Of a DNA stretch of 64,000 nucleotides, positions 11,131-20,321 are shown piece after piece. The position numbers were made by a program, and so were the translations under genes. Source of the DNA: Bacteroidota bacterium (GTDB lineage: Bacteria; Bacteroidota; Bacteroidia; NS11-12g; UBA9320); assembly GCA_018700895.1 (NCBI GenBank), contig JABIUV010000014.1:49086-113085 (forward strand). The letters are read 5' to 3'. The notes beneath the pieces were generated by a model that was given only the letters and a program-made list of their open reading frames with translations, was not told the DNA's origin and did not search any database. Each line of letters starts with the position of its first letter. The first letter of the stretch is position 1.

Positions 11131-11547
11131 CTATATCGTCGCAATCACCTTCAGCTCTATGCCGATAGGTGTGGGCAGACAGTTTATCTCCAGTGTAGTT
11201 CTACACGGTTGATTGTCCTTGAAGTACTCTGCATACAGACGATTATAGATCTTAAAATCATCTTTCATATTGGTCAGGAATACGGTAACATCTACCACGT
11301 TGGCCCAGCTACTACCCGAGTCTTCTAGGATGGTTTTCACATTGTTAAACACAGAGTGACATTGTTTTTCGATGTCGTAACTAGCAATGGATCCATCTTC
11401 GTTTAGCTCTACGCCTGGTATTTTTTTGGTGCCTCGTTCGCGTGGTCCTACTCCACTGAGGAATAGAAGGTTTCCTACTCTACGTGCGTGTGGATATGCT
11501 CCTACAGGTTCGGGTGCTTTGTTGCTATTTAGTATCTCTTGGCTCAT
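11131..11547 (-). CDS. RidA/YjgF family protein, probable 2-aminomuconate deaminase
   Basis: PVGAYPHARRVGNLLFLSGVGPR, PCRTT..LPTPIGIELK. Confidence 0.8.
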   Translation of the reverse strand: MSQEILNSNKAPEPVGAYPHARRVGNLLFLSGVGPRERGTKKIPGVELNEDGSIASYDIEKQCHSVFNNVKTILEDSGSSWANVVDVTVFLTNMKDDFKIYNRLYAEYFKDNQPCRTTLEINCLPTPIGIELKVIATI

Positions 11548-12716
11548 TATTTTTCGTCCTCTATGCGTATTTCTATTTGATCGGTCTTTTTAATAACGGT
11601 CCCACTCTTTTTTGGTTTGGTGACTTTTGCCGTTGCCGCAGTACTACGACTTATCGTTGTTGTATTGACTTTTTTTTTTGAGCTGGCTTTTGGAGCCTGC
11701 TTTATTTTCTTTACTACGTAAGTTTTGGGTACTTTAACCTTACGAGATGCAATGTCTGTCGGTATAGCAAAATAACCTGCGGGATTGGATACGCCCTTTG
11801 GTTGTGCGGCAGCGGCCACTTTGGTAAGGTCAGGAGAGAGAGATACCGCGTTTACTTTATGGTTTTCTAATGCCACACTTTTTAGCTTGGTGCGGTCTTT
11901 AAGTGAATATACATTGACCACACCATCTAAACCGCCACTTACAAGGTATAAACCAAATGCATCCATATCAATGTCGGTTACGGCCCAGGTGTGGTCTGTA
12001 AACTGATGCTCCTCTTTGCCCGTGGCAATATTCCAAATGCGAATAGTTTTGTCCTTAGAACTCGATATGAGGAACTTGCGGTCTAAGGTTACGAGCATAT
12101 CCGTTACCTCATTGGTGTGTCCGCTAAATGTTCTAAGTAATTTGCCGAAAATATCATACTGACTTATCTCAGCACCACCATCAGTAGCTATGAAATAGCT
12201 CATTCTGTCTAAGGCTACCGCGGCAGCAGAAATGGGGCGTTTCACATCGATAGGCATTACTTTGTCCTTGGCAAGATCATACGTCAAAAATTTACCATTA
12301 TGACTCGCACAAAAGATGGTACGCATACCCGGTCCGTATATTAGTTTATTGATTTGGCCTTCGGATATAGTAAGGGAAGTGTCTAAGGTTAAAATGCTAA
12401 AAAAAGAGTCGTTGAACTCATACTTGTTTAATATGCCGTCCTGTCCACCAGCGATAAACCAATTGTTGTCTCTGCTAAATGCGATACTATTTATCGCTCC
12501 TTGATAGTTTTCCTCGCGATGAACAAGAGTTCCTAGGCGGTCTGTAGTTTGTACTGCGATGGTTGCATCCCAGCTACCAGATACCACGTACTTGCCGTTA
12601 GGAGAATATGTTATAGTCGAAATGTCGTCTGTATGATTTGCAAAATAGGGAAAACTGTCTACCTGAGCGTTTACAGTGTAAGAACCTACGAGCAGTGCTA
12701 TTATTAAAAACCTCAT
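11547..12716 (-). CDS. Exported WD40-repeat protein with Lys/Thr-rich tail
   Basis: Repeated H..SGSWD, GHTNEV..SSSKDKTIRIWN, SGGLDGVVNVY. Confidence 0.85.
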   Translation of the reverse strand: MRFLIIALLVGSYTVNAQVDSFPYFANHTDDISTITYSPNGKYVVSGSWDATIAVQTTDRLGTLVHREENYQGAINSIAFSRDNNWFIAGGQDGILNKYEFNDSFFSILTLDTSLTISEGQINKLIYGPGMRTIFCASHNGKFLTYDLAKDKVMPIDVKRPISAAAVALDRMSYFIATDGGAEISQYDIFGKLLRTFSGHTNEVTDMLVTLDRKFLISSSKDKTIRIWNIATGKEEHQFTDHTWAVTDIDMDAFGLYLVSGGLDGVVNVYSLKDRTKLKSVALENHKVNAVSLSPDLTKVAAAAQPKGVSNPAGYFAIPTDIASRKVKVPKTYVVKKIKQAPKASSKKKVNTTTISRSTAATAKVTKPKKSGTVIKKTDQIEIRIEDEK

Positions 12717-12732
12717 GTGAACGGCTAAGGTA

Positions 12733-14049
12733 CTAATTTTTATAAAATAACCACTTGCCCAGTTCCTTGTAGCTTACTTTTTTACCATACATGAGGATGC
12801 CTGTACGGTATATTTTACCGGCAAACCATATTGCCCCAAGTATACTTACTAGCAATATGAGCATAGAAAGTATGAGTTGCCAATTTTCGGCAGGAGTTAA
12901 AAAAGGCAGACGTACCATCATACTAATGGGAGAGGTGAGCGGTATCATACTGAGCCAGGTGGCCAGTGTACCATTGGGGTCTCCTACTACCGTAGAAAAA
13001 GATACGGCAATAGCGAATACCAATGGTATGGATACAGGAAACATAAACTGCTGCGTATCTGTCTCACTGTCTACCGCACTGCCAATAGCGGCAAATAAGG
13101 CTCCGTAAAATAGGTAGCCTCCTAAAAAGTAAAAGACAAATACTCCAAATATTTTACCCAGTGGCAATGCCAAAAAGTCGGAGAAAAACTGTAGCTGAGT
13201 TACATCTATCTTTGCTAGAGCAGTGTTACCTTCTAGGTTTTGGAGGTGCTGAAGGTCGCTTATATTTAATCCTATAATCAGCCCAATGACTCCCATAAGA
13301 ATAGAGGAGAGTAAGACCCATATGGTTAGTTGCGTTAAACCAACTAGAGCAATGCCCAGTACTTTGCCCACCATCAGTTCAAATGGCTTAACGGTACTCA
13401 CTATAAGCTCCACGATTCGGTTTGTTTTTTCTTCTATCACACCCTTCATTACCTGAACGCCGTATAGGAAAATGAACATATATATGATAAAAGACATAGC
13501 AACACCCAATGCCGAGTTTACGCCTAGGTTGCTGCTTGTAGTACTACCGTCTTTGTCTACCTTGTATTGGTTTATGTATACTTTAGTTTTGAGGCGGTCT
13601 ATGTCAGACTGCTCCAAACCTATTTTTACGAGACGTTGCTGCTGCATAGCCTTGTGAAAAGAACTTTCTATTTTCCCATTGTTACTAGCACTTAGAGTAC
13701 TTATGCTTTCATAAGTGATTTCTAGTTTATTTTCTAGTGAGAAGTCACTAGGTATAGTGATGAGAGCATCTATACTATCACTAGCTAGTAAATCATCTTT
13801 GGTATAGTGATTAGTGTATAAGTAGGTCGTATTATCAGGGTTTTCTAGTTTGTCTGCGAAAATACCTGTAGGGTCTACCACGATTATATTCATTTGCTCG
13901 GTTGAGCTACTTTGACCTATACTTACCCAAATAATCACACCGTAAAAACCTGCTATAAGGAGCGGTGTAAGTAGCGTCATGAGTATGAAGCTTTTCTTCT
14001 TTACACGAGTAAGGTATTCTCGTGCAGTAACTAGTTTTATGTTGCTCAT
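12733..14049 (-). CDS. ABC-2 type permease (NatB-like)
   Basis: VIEEKTNRIVELIVSTVKPFELMVGKVLG; multiple TM segments. Confidence 0.9.
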   Translation of the reverse strand: MSNIKLVTAREYLTRVKKKSFILMTLLTPLLIAGFYGVIIWVSIGQSSSTEQMNIIVVDPTGIFADKLENPDNTTYLYTNHYTKDDLLASDSIDALITIPSDFSLENKLEITYESISTLSASNNGKIESSFHKAMQQQRLVKIGLEQSDIDRLKTKVYINQYKVDKDGSTTSSNLGVNSALGVAMSFIIYMFIFLYGVQVMKGVIEEKTNRIVELIVSTVKPFELMVGKVLGIALVGLTQLTIWVLLSSILMGVIGLIIGLNISDLQHLQNLEGNTALAKIDVTQLQFFSDFLALPLGKIFGVFVFYFLGGYLFYGALFAAIGSAVDSETDTQQFMFPVSIPLVFAIAVSFSTVVGDPNGTLATWLSMIPLTSPISMMVRLPFLTPAENWQLILSMLILLVSILGAIWFAGKIYRTGILMYGKKVSYKELGKWLFYKN

Positions 14050-14945
14050 GAGTTGGTATCGGTTAAGGTTAAAAATACTTCTTGCATACTGGGTAGTACC
14101 TCACGGTACTCGGTGATATGTAATTCGCTCACATTAAAAAGCTGGATATCAGGTTTGTTTTTGTAGTTGAATAGCAGCGTAGTGAAGCCATCATTTTCTT
14201 CTATTTTTTTTAGGTTTATCCCTGCGATGTTCTCAGGTTTCATATCTCCCGTATAGGATATGGTGTAGGTGTCATCTTTTAGGCTTTTGCGTACATCCAT
14301 TACACTGCCACTGGTTACTACTTGAGCTTTGTTAAGTAGTACGACATCATCACAAATAGCTTCTACATTTTCCATCCGATGGGTGCTGAGCATAATGCTA
14401 GAGCCGTTTCGTTTCAGTTCTTGTATCTCATCTTTAATCAGTTGGGTGTTTTTGGGATCAAACCCGGTGAATGGCTCGTCTAGGATGATGAAGTCGGGCT
14501 GATGCATTACCGTAACAATGAATTGTATCTTCTGTTGCATTCCTTTGCTCAGTTCCTCTATTTTCTTTTTGCTCCAAGTCGTTGCTTCAAATTTTTCGAG
14601 CCAAAACCCGATGGTTTTTTTAGCGGCGGAGGTCGTCATTCCTCTTAGGCGAGCAAAGTAAAGCAGTTGGTCGTACACCGTCATTTTCTTGTATAGACCA
14701 CGTTCTTCGGGCAGGTAACCTATCCGTGATATGTGCGTCTTGTTAAGCTCTTCATTATCAAAAAAGATGGTCCCCTCATCAGGAGCCGTAATTTGATTAA
14801 TGATTCGTATTAAGGAGGTTTTACCTGCACCATTGGGTCCTAAGAGTCCAAATATTTTCCCCTTGGGTACATCAAAAGTTACCTTGCTGAGAGCGGTATG
14901 ATTGGCGTAGTGCTTAGATACGCCTTGTATTTGGATAATGCTCAT
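14046..14945 (-). CDS. ABC transporter ATP-binding protein (NatA-like)
   Basis: GPNGAGKT, LSKGMQQK, ILDEPF. Confidence 0.92.
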   Translation of the reverse strand: MSIIQIQGVSKHYANHTALSKVTFDVPKGKIFGLLGPNGAGKTSLIRIINQITAPDEGTIFFDNEELNKTHISRIGYLPEERGLYKKMTVYDQLLYFARLRGMTTSAAKKTIGFWLEKFEATTWSKKKIEELSKGMQQKIQFIVTVMHQPDFIILDEPFTGFDPKNTQLIKDEIQELKRNGSSIMLSTHRMENVEAICDDVVLLNKAQVVTSGSVMDVRKSLKDDTYTISYTGDMKPENIAGINLKKIEENDGFTTLLFNYKNKPDIQLFNVSELHITEYREVLPSMQEVFLTLTDTNS

Positions 14946-15026
14946 TGTGTAGCAAATTTAACACCCAAAAGTGGTGCTTCTCATTATCTCGACGAAGTTA
15001 TAGATATACTCGGGAGAGCTGGTTAG

Positions 15027-15068
15027 GTAAAGTGTTATTTACATTTTGTAAAGTTTGTATTACATTTG
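15027..15068 (+). promoter_or_regulatory. Two tandem GTAAA-N6-(T/A)TTAC operators overlapping a TACATTTG promoter
   Basis: gtaaagtgttatttac (15027-15042) and gtaaagtttgtattac (15048-15063), 21 bp apart, upstream of the XRE operon. Confidence 0.6.
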
Positions 15069-15072
15069 TGAC

Positions 15073-15564
15073 TTGAAATCAATAGTTTTATTCCCTAATT
15101 ACTTTAAAAAAATCGGTTGGGTCTTAATAGTAGCAGCCTTAGGTATTTGGCTATGCAGTGAAATATTGGATCTTGATTTAAGTTTTTTAACCTTAAAAGT
15201 TCCGGCCATATATTCTGCTGACTATCCACTTGCCAGTGATCCTAAAGGTGGGTGGTTTGTGTATACAACTCAAGACATGGCGTACACCCTATTTTCCGTA
15301 TTCTTCATAGTAGGTGGCTTGCTCGTCATGTTTGCCCGTGAACAAGTAGAAGATGAGTTTATCCATTCGGTGCGGCACAGTGCTTTAATTTGGGCTGTGA
15401 GTATTAACTACCTATTATTACTTCTTGCGTTTTTAGGTTTATATGGCCCGGTGTTTATAGATGTTGTTATCTACAACGTCTACTCCATCTTGATTATTTA
15501 CATTCTTAGATTCAATTACCTACTCCGGATCAGCAAAAAGCGGGCGTTAGTTTATGAAGAATAA
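15073..15564 (+). CDS. Membrane protein co-transcribed with an XRE regulator
   Basis: LFPNYFKKIGW, REQVEDEFIHSVR, about 4 TM segments; TTG start 4 nt after the -7 element. Confidence 0.75.
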   Translation: MKSIVLFPNYFKKIGWVLIVAALGIWLCSEILDLDLSFLTLKVPAIYSADYPLASDPKGGWFVYTTQDMAYTLFSVFFIVGGLLVMFAREQVEDEFIHSVRHSALIWAVSINYLLLLLAFLGLYGPVFIDVVIYNVYSILIIYILRFNYLLRISKKRALVYEE

Positions 15565-15754
15565 CATTAAGGTACAACGGGCCATAAAGGGCATCACACA
15601 GCAAGTGCTCGCGGAGCAGGTAGGAGTAAGCCGACAGAGCATAGTCGCCATAGAGCAAGGCAAGTATGTTCCTTCTACGCTTTTGGCACTTAAGATTGCT
15701 GGTTATTTCGTAAAAGGAGTTGAGGAGATATTTGAATTAGAGGAGGGTGATTAG
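15554..15754 (+). CDS. XRE-family HTH transcriptional regulator
   Basis: ITQQVLAEQVGVSRQSIVAIEQGKYVPST. Confidence 0.92.
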   Translation: MKNNIKVQRAIKGITQQVLAEQVGVSRQSIVAIEQGKYVPSTLLALKIAGYFVKGVEEIFELEEGD

Positions 15755-15885
15755 GTTTTCTATTGCAAGTGAGATGTTTTTAGTAATAGGGTACGAGTTG
15801 ATAGGCGGCATATCATTTTGTTAAGAAGCAATCTATTCGCTAGGCACTTTGTTAATCCATAAGCAAAACATCACCTTTGTAAAAA

Positions 15886-17925
15886 ATGAATCAAGCCCAG
15901 ATGGATTTTAAATCACTCATAGCTCAAGGAATACCAGCAGAATTGCCTACTGCAGTCGACCCTTCGACTTCGCTCAGGTTGACTGATGGCTCTACCAACA
16001 CTCCCGCCCCTAAGCGTAAAGACATCCTCAGCTTAGAAGAGAAGAAGCTAGCTATACGCAATGCATTGCGTTATTTCCCTAAGGAATGGCACGCAGAGTT
16101 AGCTCCAGAATTTGCCTCAGAACTCAAAGAATATGGCAGAATCTACATGCACAGATTTAAGCCAAGCTATAAAATCTATGCTCGCCCTATAGAACAGTAT
16201 CCAGCCAAGAGCAAGCAGGCTGCCGGCATTATGCTTATGATTCAAAACAATCTGGATCCTGCCGTAGCTCAGCATCCAGAAGAGTTGATTACCTACGGTG
16301 GAAATGGGGCAGTGTTTCAGAATTGGGCTCAATACCTGCTTACTATGAAGTACCTAAGTGAAATGACCGATGAGCAAACACTGCATATGTACAGTGGTCA
16401 CCCGATGGGATTGTTTCCTAGTAGCAAGGATGCTCCACGCGTAGTGGTGACCAACGGGATGATGATTTCCAACTACTCCAAACCCGATGACTGGGAAAAG
16501 TATAACGCTCTTGGCGTAACCCAATACGGCCAAATGACGGCAGGAAGTTTTATGTACATAGGCCCACAGGGGATAGTGCACGGTACTACGATTACCGTGA
16601 TGAATGCTTTCCGTATGAAACTAAAAGAAGGCGACACTCCTGCGGGTAAAATATTCCTCACAGCAGGACTGGGTGGTATGAGTGGAGCTCAGCCTAAGGC
16701 GGGAAACATAGCAGGCTGTATAACGATATGTGCAGAGGTAAATGCCGCTGCTGCTCACAAACGCCACGACCAAGGTTGGGTAGATGAATTGATTAGTGAT
16801 ATGGATGAGCTAGTAGTTCGTATCCGTAAGGCACAGTCAGGCAAAGAAGTAGTAAGCATAGCCTATGTAGGGAATGTGGTCGAGATTTGGGAGCGATTCG
16901 CAGACGAAGATATTTTCATACACGTAGGTAGTGACCAGACATCATTGCATAATCCATTTGCAGGAGGTTATTATCCCGTAGGATTAAACTTTGAAGAAAG
17001 CAATGAGATGATGGCCAATGAGCCAGATGAGTTCAAAGAGCGTGTATATGAATCACTCAGAAGACACGCTGCTGCTGTAGATAGAAACACAGCAAAAGGC
17101 ACCTACTTCTTTGATTATGGTAACGCATTTCTGCTAGAAAGCAGCAGAGCAGGTGCAGATATTATGGCGGAGAACGGTATTGATTTCAAATATCCAAGCT
17201 ACGTGCAAGATATACTTGGACCAATGTGTTTTGATTATGGTTTTGGACCATTCAGATGGGTGTGTGCGAGTGGAAATCCTAAAGATTTGCAAAAATCAGA
17301 CGAAATAGCGGCACAAGCGCTCAGAGAGATACAAGCTACGGCTCCTAAAGAAATACAACAACAGCTAGCAGATAATATCAAATGGATAGAAGAAGCAGGA
17401 GAAAACCAAATGGTGGTTGGTTCGCAGGCACGTATTCTTTATGCGGATAGCGAAGGTAGAATCAAAATTGCCGAAGCATTTAATAAAGCCATAGCTGCAG
17501 GAGAAATAAAAGATGAAATAATCCTGGGTAGAGATCACCACGATGTAAGCGGTACAGACTCACCATATAGAGAAACTAGTAATATCTATGATGGAAGCAA
17601 ATTCACTGCGGATATGGCGATACATAATGTGATAGGCGATAGTTTCCGCGGAGCTACTTGGGTAAGCATACATAATGGTGGTGGAGTAGGATGGGGTGAG
17701 GTGATGAACGGTGGTTTTGGAATGCTGCTAGATGGCTCTAATGAGGCTGACGCCCGCCTAAAAAATATGTTACACTACGATGTAAATAACGGAATAGCTC
17801 GACGTAGCTGGGCTCGCAATGAAAATGCTCAATTTGCCATAAAACGTGAAATGGAACGCAACGAGAAGCTGAAAGTTACACTTGCTCAGAGTGTGGATGA
17901 TATTTTGATTGATATATTATTTTAA
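15886..17925 (+). CDS. hutU: Urocanate hydratase (long form)
   Basis: NNLDPAVAQHPEELITYGG, GQMTAGSFMYIGPQGIVHGT, GRDHHDVSG, HNGGGVGWG. Confidence 0.95.
   Translation: MNQAQMDFKSLIAQGIPAELPTAVDPSTSLRLTDGSTNTPAPKRKDILSLEEKKLAIRNALRYFPKEWHAELAPEFASELKEYGRIYMHRFKPSYKIYARPIEQYPAKSKQAAGIMLMIQNNLDPAVAQHPEELITYGGNGAVFQNWAQYLLTMKYLSEMTDEQTLHMYSGHPMGLFPSSKDAPRVVVTNGMMISNYSKPDDWEKYNALGVTQYGQMTAGSFMYIGPQGIVHGTTITVMNAFRMKLKEGDTPAGKIFLTAGLGGMSGAQPKAGNIAGCITICAEVNAAAAHKRHDQGWVDELISDMDELVVRIRKAQSGKEVVSIAYVGNVVEIWERFADEDIFIHVGSDQTSLHNPFAGGYYPVGLNFEESNEMMANEPDEFKERVYESLRRHAAAVDRNTAKGTYFFDYGNAFLLESSRAGADIMAENGIDFKYPSYVQDILGPMCFDYGFGPFRWVCASGNPKDLQKSDEIAAQALREIQATAPKEIQQQLADNIKWIEEAGENQMVVGSQARILYADSEGRIKIAEAFNKAIAAGEIKDEIILGRDHHDVSGTDSPYRETSNIYDGSKFTADMAIHNVIGDSFRGATWVSIHNGGGVGWGEVMNGGFGMLLDGSNEADARLKNMLHYDVNNGIARRSWARNENAQFAIKREMERNEKLKVTLAQSVDDILIDILF
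15955..15983 (+). repeat. REP-like palindrome inserted in frame in hutU
   Basis: gtcgacccttcgacttcgctcaggttgac (CTTCGA..CTCAG..TGAC core), translated VDPSTSLRLT. Confidence 0.7.
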
Positions 17926-17994
17926 ATATAAATGGGTTCTTTTATCTGAGGTCAGAGAAGTGCAAGAACAGACAAAATTCTATATTAAAGTACC

Positions 17995-18021
17995 AAAAAA
18001 AGCCAACTTCACAGTTGGCTT
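17995..18021. terminator. Terminator between convergent hutU and dnaJ
   Basis: aagccaact-tcac-agttggctt with an A7 tract (U-tail for the minus strand). Confidence 0.8.
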
Positions 18022-18046
18022 AAATTTTCTTATTACGGTTTGAGTA

Positions 18047-19177
18047 CTAGTTGAAAAAGTCCTTCATCTTATCAAAAAAGCCTTTCTCCTTAGTTGGGTC
18101 GGGTGTAAAGTTTTCTGCGTCCAGCAATGACTTCATCATAGCCTTTTCTTCATTATTCAACTTGTTTGGGGTAAATACATTTACGTAGATGAGTTGGTCA
18201 CCAGTTCTGTAACCTCCGTTTACGTCGGGTATGCCTTTGCCCCGCAGTCGTAGTACCTTACCGCTTTGGGTGCCTGATTCAATTTTGATACGAGCTTTAC
18301 CGCCTACTGTCGGTACTTCTACATCTGTACCTAAAGCCGCTTGCGGAAAGCTCATGTGAAGGTTGTAGATGACATTGTTGCCATCGCGTTCCAAAGTCTC
18401 GTGTTTTACCTCTTCTACTAGCACTATGAGGTCTCCCGCCACACCGCCTGGCATCTCGTTTCCTTTACCTCTAACGTTGAGTTGCATACCATCAGATACG
18501 CCTGCAGGTATGTCTATGGTTGTGGTAACCTTCTCACTCATTAGGCCCATTCCATCCGCACCTGGAGGTACATTTTTCACCTTTTTACCCATCCCACGGC
18601 AGGTAGGACAAGGACTAGCTGTTTGCATTTGGCCTAAGAAGGTGCTTTGCACTCTCGTAACTTGTCCTCTACCACCACACGTGGCACAGTTGTCAAACTG
18701 TACACCTACTGCTGCTACCTTTTTGGTGTACTTTATTTTTTTCTCTACCCCGTTAGTGATGTCCTCAAGCGTAAGTTTTAGCTTGATTCGGATATTGGAT
18801 CCAACGGCTTGTTGAGTCCTCCCTCCGCGACCACCGCTGCCGAAGAAACTTTCAAAAGGGCTTCCTCCACCGCCACCACCAAAGATGTCGCCAAACTGGC
18901 TGAATATGTCGTCCATATTCATTCCGCCACCGCCAAAACCGCCTTGACTTCCGCCTACTCCCGCGTGCCCAAATTGATCGTAACGTTGTCTTTTTTCTCC
19001 ATTGCTTAGTATCTCGTAAGCTTCGGCTGCTTCTTTAAATTTTTCTTCAGCCTCTTTATTGTCAGGGTTTTTATCGGGGTGATATTGTATAGCCTTTTTG
19101 CGGTAGGCTTTTTTTATTTCGGCTTCAGATGCATTCTTCGCAACACCGAGGATATCATAAAAATCTCTTTTACTCAT
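18047..19177 (-). CDS. dnaJ: Chaperone DnaJ
   Basis: J-domain HPDKN, G/F-rich linker, CxxCxGxG motifs. Confidence 0.97.
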   Translation of the reverse strand: MSKRDFYDILGVAKNASEAEIKKAYRKKAIQYHPDKNPDNKEAEEKFKEAAEAYEILSNGEKRQRYDQFGHAGVGGSQGGFGGGGMNMDDIFSQFGDIFGGGGGGSPFESFFGSGGRGGRTQQAVGSNIRIKLKLTLEDITNGVEKKIKYTKKVAAVGVQFDNCATCGGRGQVTRVQSTFLGQMQTASPCPTCRGMGKKVKNVPPGADGMGLMSEKVTTTIDIPAGVSDGMQLNVRGKGNEMPGGVAGDLIVLVEEVKHETLERDGNNVIYNLHMSFPQAALGTDVEVPTVGGKARIKIESGTQSGKVLRLRGKGIPDVNGGYRTGDQLIYVNVFTPNKLNNEEKAMMKSLLDAENFTPDPTKEKGFFDKMKDFFN

Positions 19178-19178
19178 A

Positions 19179-19715
19179 CTATTCTCCTACTACTACCTTG
19201 GCAAATCGTATCACCTTATCATTGAGCTTATAACCTTTTTCTATCTCATCTACTACCTTGCCTTTTAATTTTTTGCTAGGGGCGGGTATTTTGGTAATAG
19301 CTTCGTGTACCTCAGGGTCAAAAGCAGTCTCTATTGATTTGAAATGTTTCAAGCCTTTATTCTCGAGTGTGCTTTTAAACTTATTGTACACTAAGTCAAC
19401 GCCTGTTCTAATGGTCTTGACATTTGCTTTTTTATCCATGTTTTGAAGTGCTCGTTCAAAATCGTCCATCACAGGAAGTAAGTCTGTCAAAATATCTTGT
19501 CCAGCGGTTTTGAAAAGCTCTACACGCTCACGTGAGGTGCGCTTTCTATAATTGTCAAATTCGGAGTATAGTCTCAGATACTTATCGTTCAGCTCATTAT
19601 ATTTATCTTCAGTTGTGGGCTCTGTATTTTCAACTGATTTACTATCAGTATCTTGCGAAGTTTCTGCAGTCGTGTTTTGTATGTCTTCTTCTTGATCTTT
19701 TGTTTCGTCAACCAT
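19179..19715 (-). CDS. grpE: Nucleotide exchange factor GrpE
   Basis: [39 protein letters not shown]. Confidence 0.97.
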   Translation of the reverse strand: MVDETKDQEEDIQNTTAETSQDTDSKSVENTEPTTEDKYNELNDKYLRLYSEFDNYRKRTSRERVELFKTAGQDILTDLLPVMDDFERALQNMDKKANVKTIRTGVDLVYNKFKSTLENKGLKHFKSIETAFDPEVHEAITKIPAPSKKLKGKVVDEIEKGYKLNDKVIRFAKVVVGE

Positions 19716-19747
19716 TACTCTGTGTGCATTTATGTGCTAGCATAAGG

Positions 19748-19787
19748 GCAAAAGTATTGCCATTGTAGTGCTGTGTCATATTGACAC
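19748..19787 (-). promoter_or_regulatory. Candidate sigma-54 promoter plus upstream palindrome for grpE-dnaJ
   Basis: Minus strand TGGCA-ATACTT-TTGC (canonical -24/-12 spacing); GTGTCA-N3-TGACAC at 19773-19787. Confidence 0.55.
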
Positions 19788-19790
19788 TGT

Positions 19791-20318
19791 TTACTCTGTC
19801 ACGTGTTGAGCCAATAGTTGACTTAGTTTATTGCCAAACAAGCCTTTAGCAATGATACGTCCTGAACTATCTATGAGTACATTGTGAGGAAGGTATCGGA
19901 AGTTGTAAGATTGTACCAATGGGCTATTCCATTTTTTAAAATCAGATACGTGATTGGGCCAAGCAAGATGATCGTTTTTTATGGCCTTGTGCCATACACT
20001 AGAATCTGTATCAAGACTCACGCTATATACATCAAAACCTTGTCCAATATCAAATGTGCTATCGCGATATGTGAGGTATGCTTGTCTTACGTTTTTATTT
20101 TCTACACGGCAGGTTCTGCACCAACTGGCCCAAAAATCCACAAAAACAACTTTGCCCCGTAAATCACTCAGGCGAATAGTGTCACCTTTAAATCCCAAGA
20201 GCTCTATGTTAGGAGCCATTTCTCCTACTGCAGGACGAATTATATGCTGTTGTGCACCGATGTAGGAAAATAGGAGGGAAAGTAGAATTGTAAACGTTAT
20301 GGATTTGATCCATTCCAT
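19791..20318 (-). CDS. TlpA-family thiol-disulfide reductase
   Basis: DFWASWCRTCR, SVSLD, signal peptide. Confidence 0.9.
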   Translation of the reverse strand: MEWIKSITFTILLSLLFSYIGAQQHIIRPAVGEMAPNIELLGFKGDTIRLSDLRGKVVFVDFWASWCRTCRVENKNVRQAYLTYRDSTFDIGQGFDVYSVSLDTDSSVWHKAIKNDHLAWPNHVSDFKKWNSPLVQSYNFRYLPHNVLIDSSGRIIAKGLFGNKLSQLLAQHVTE

Positions 20319-20321
20319 AAA

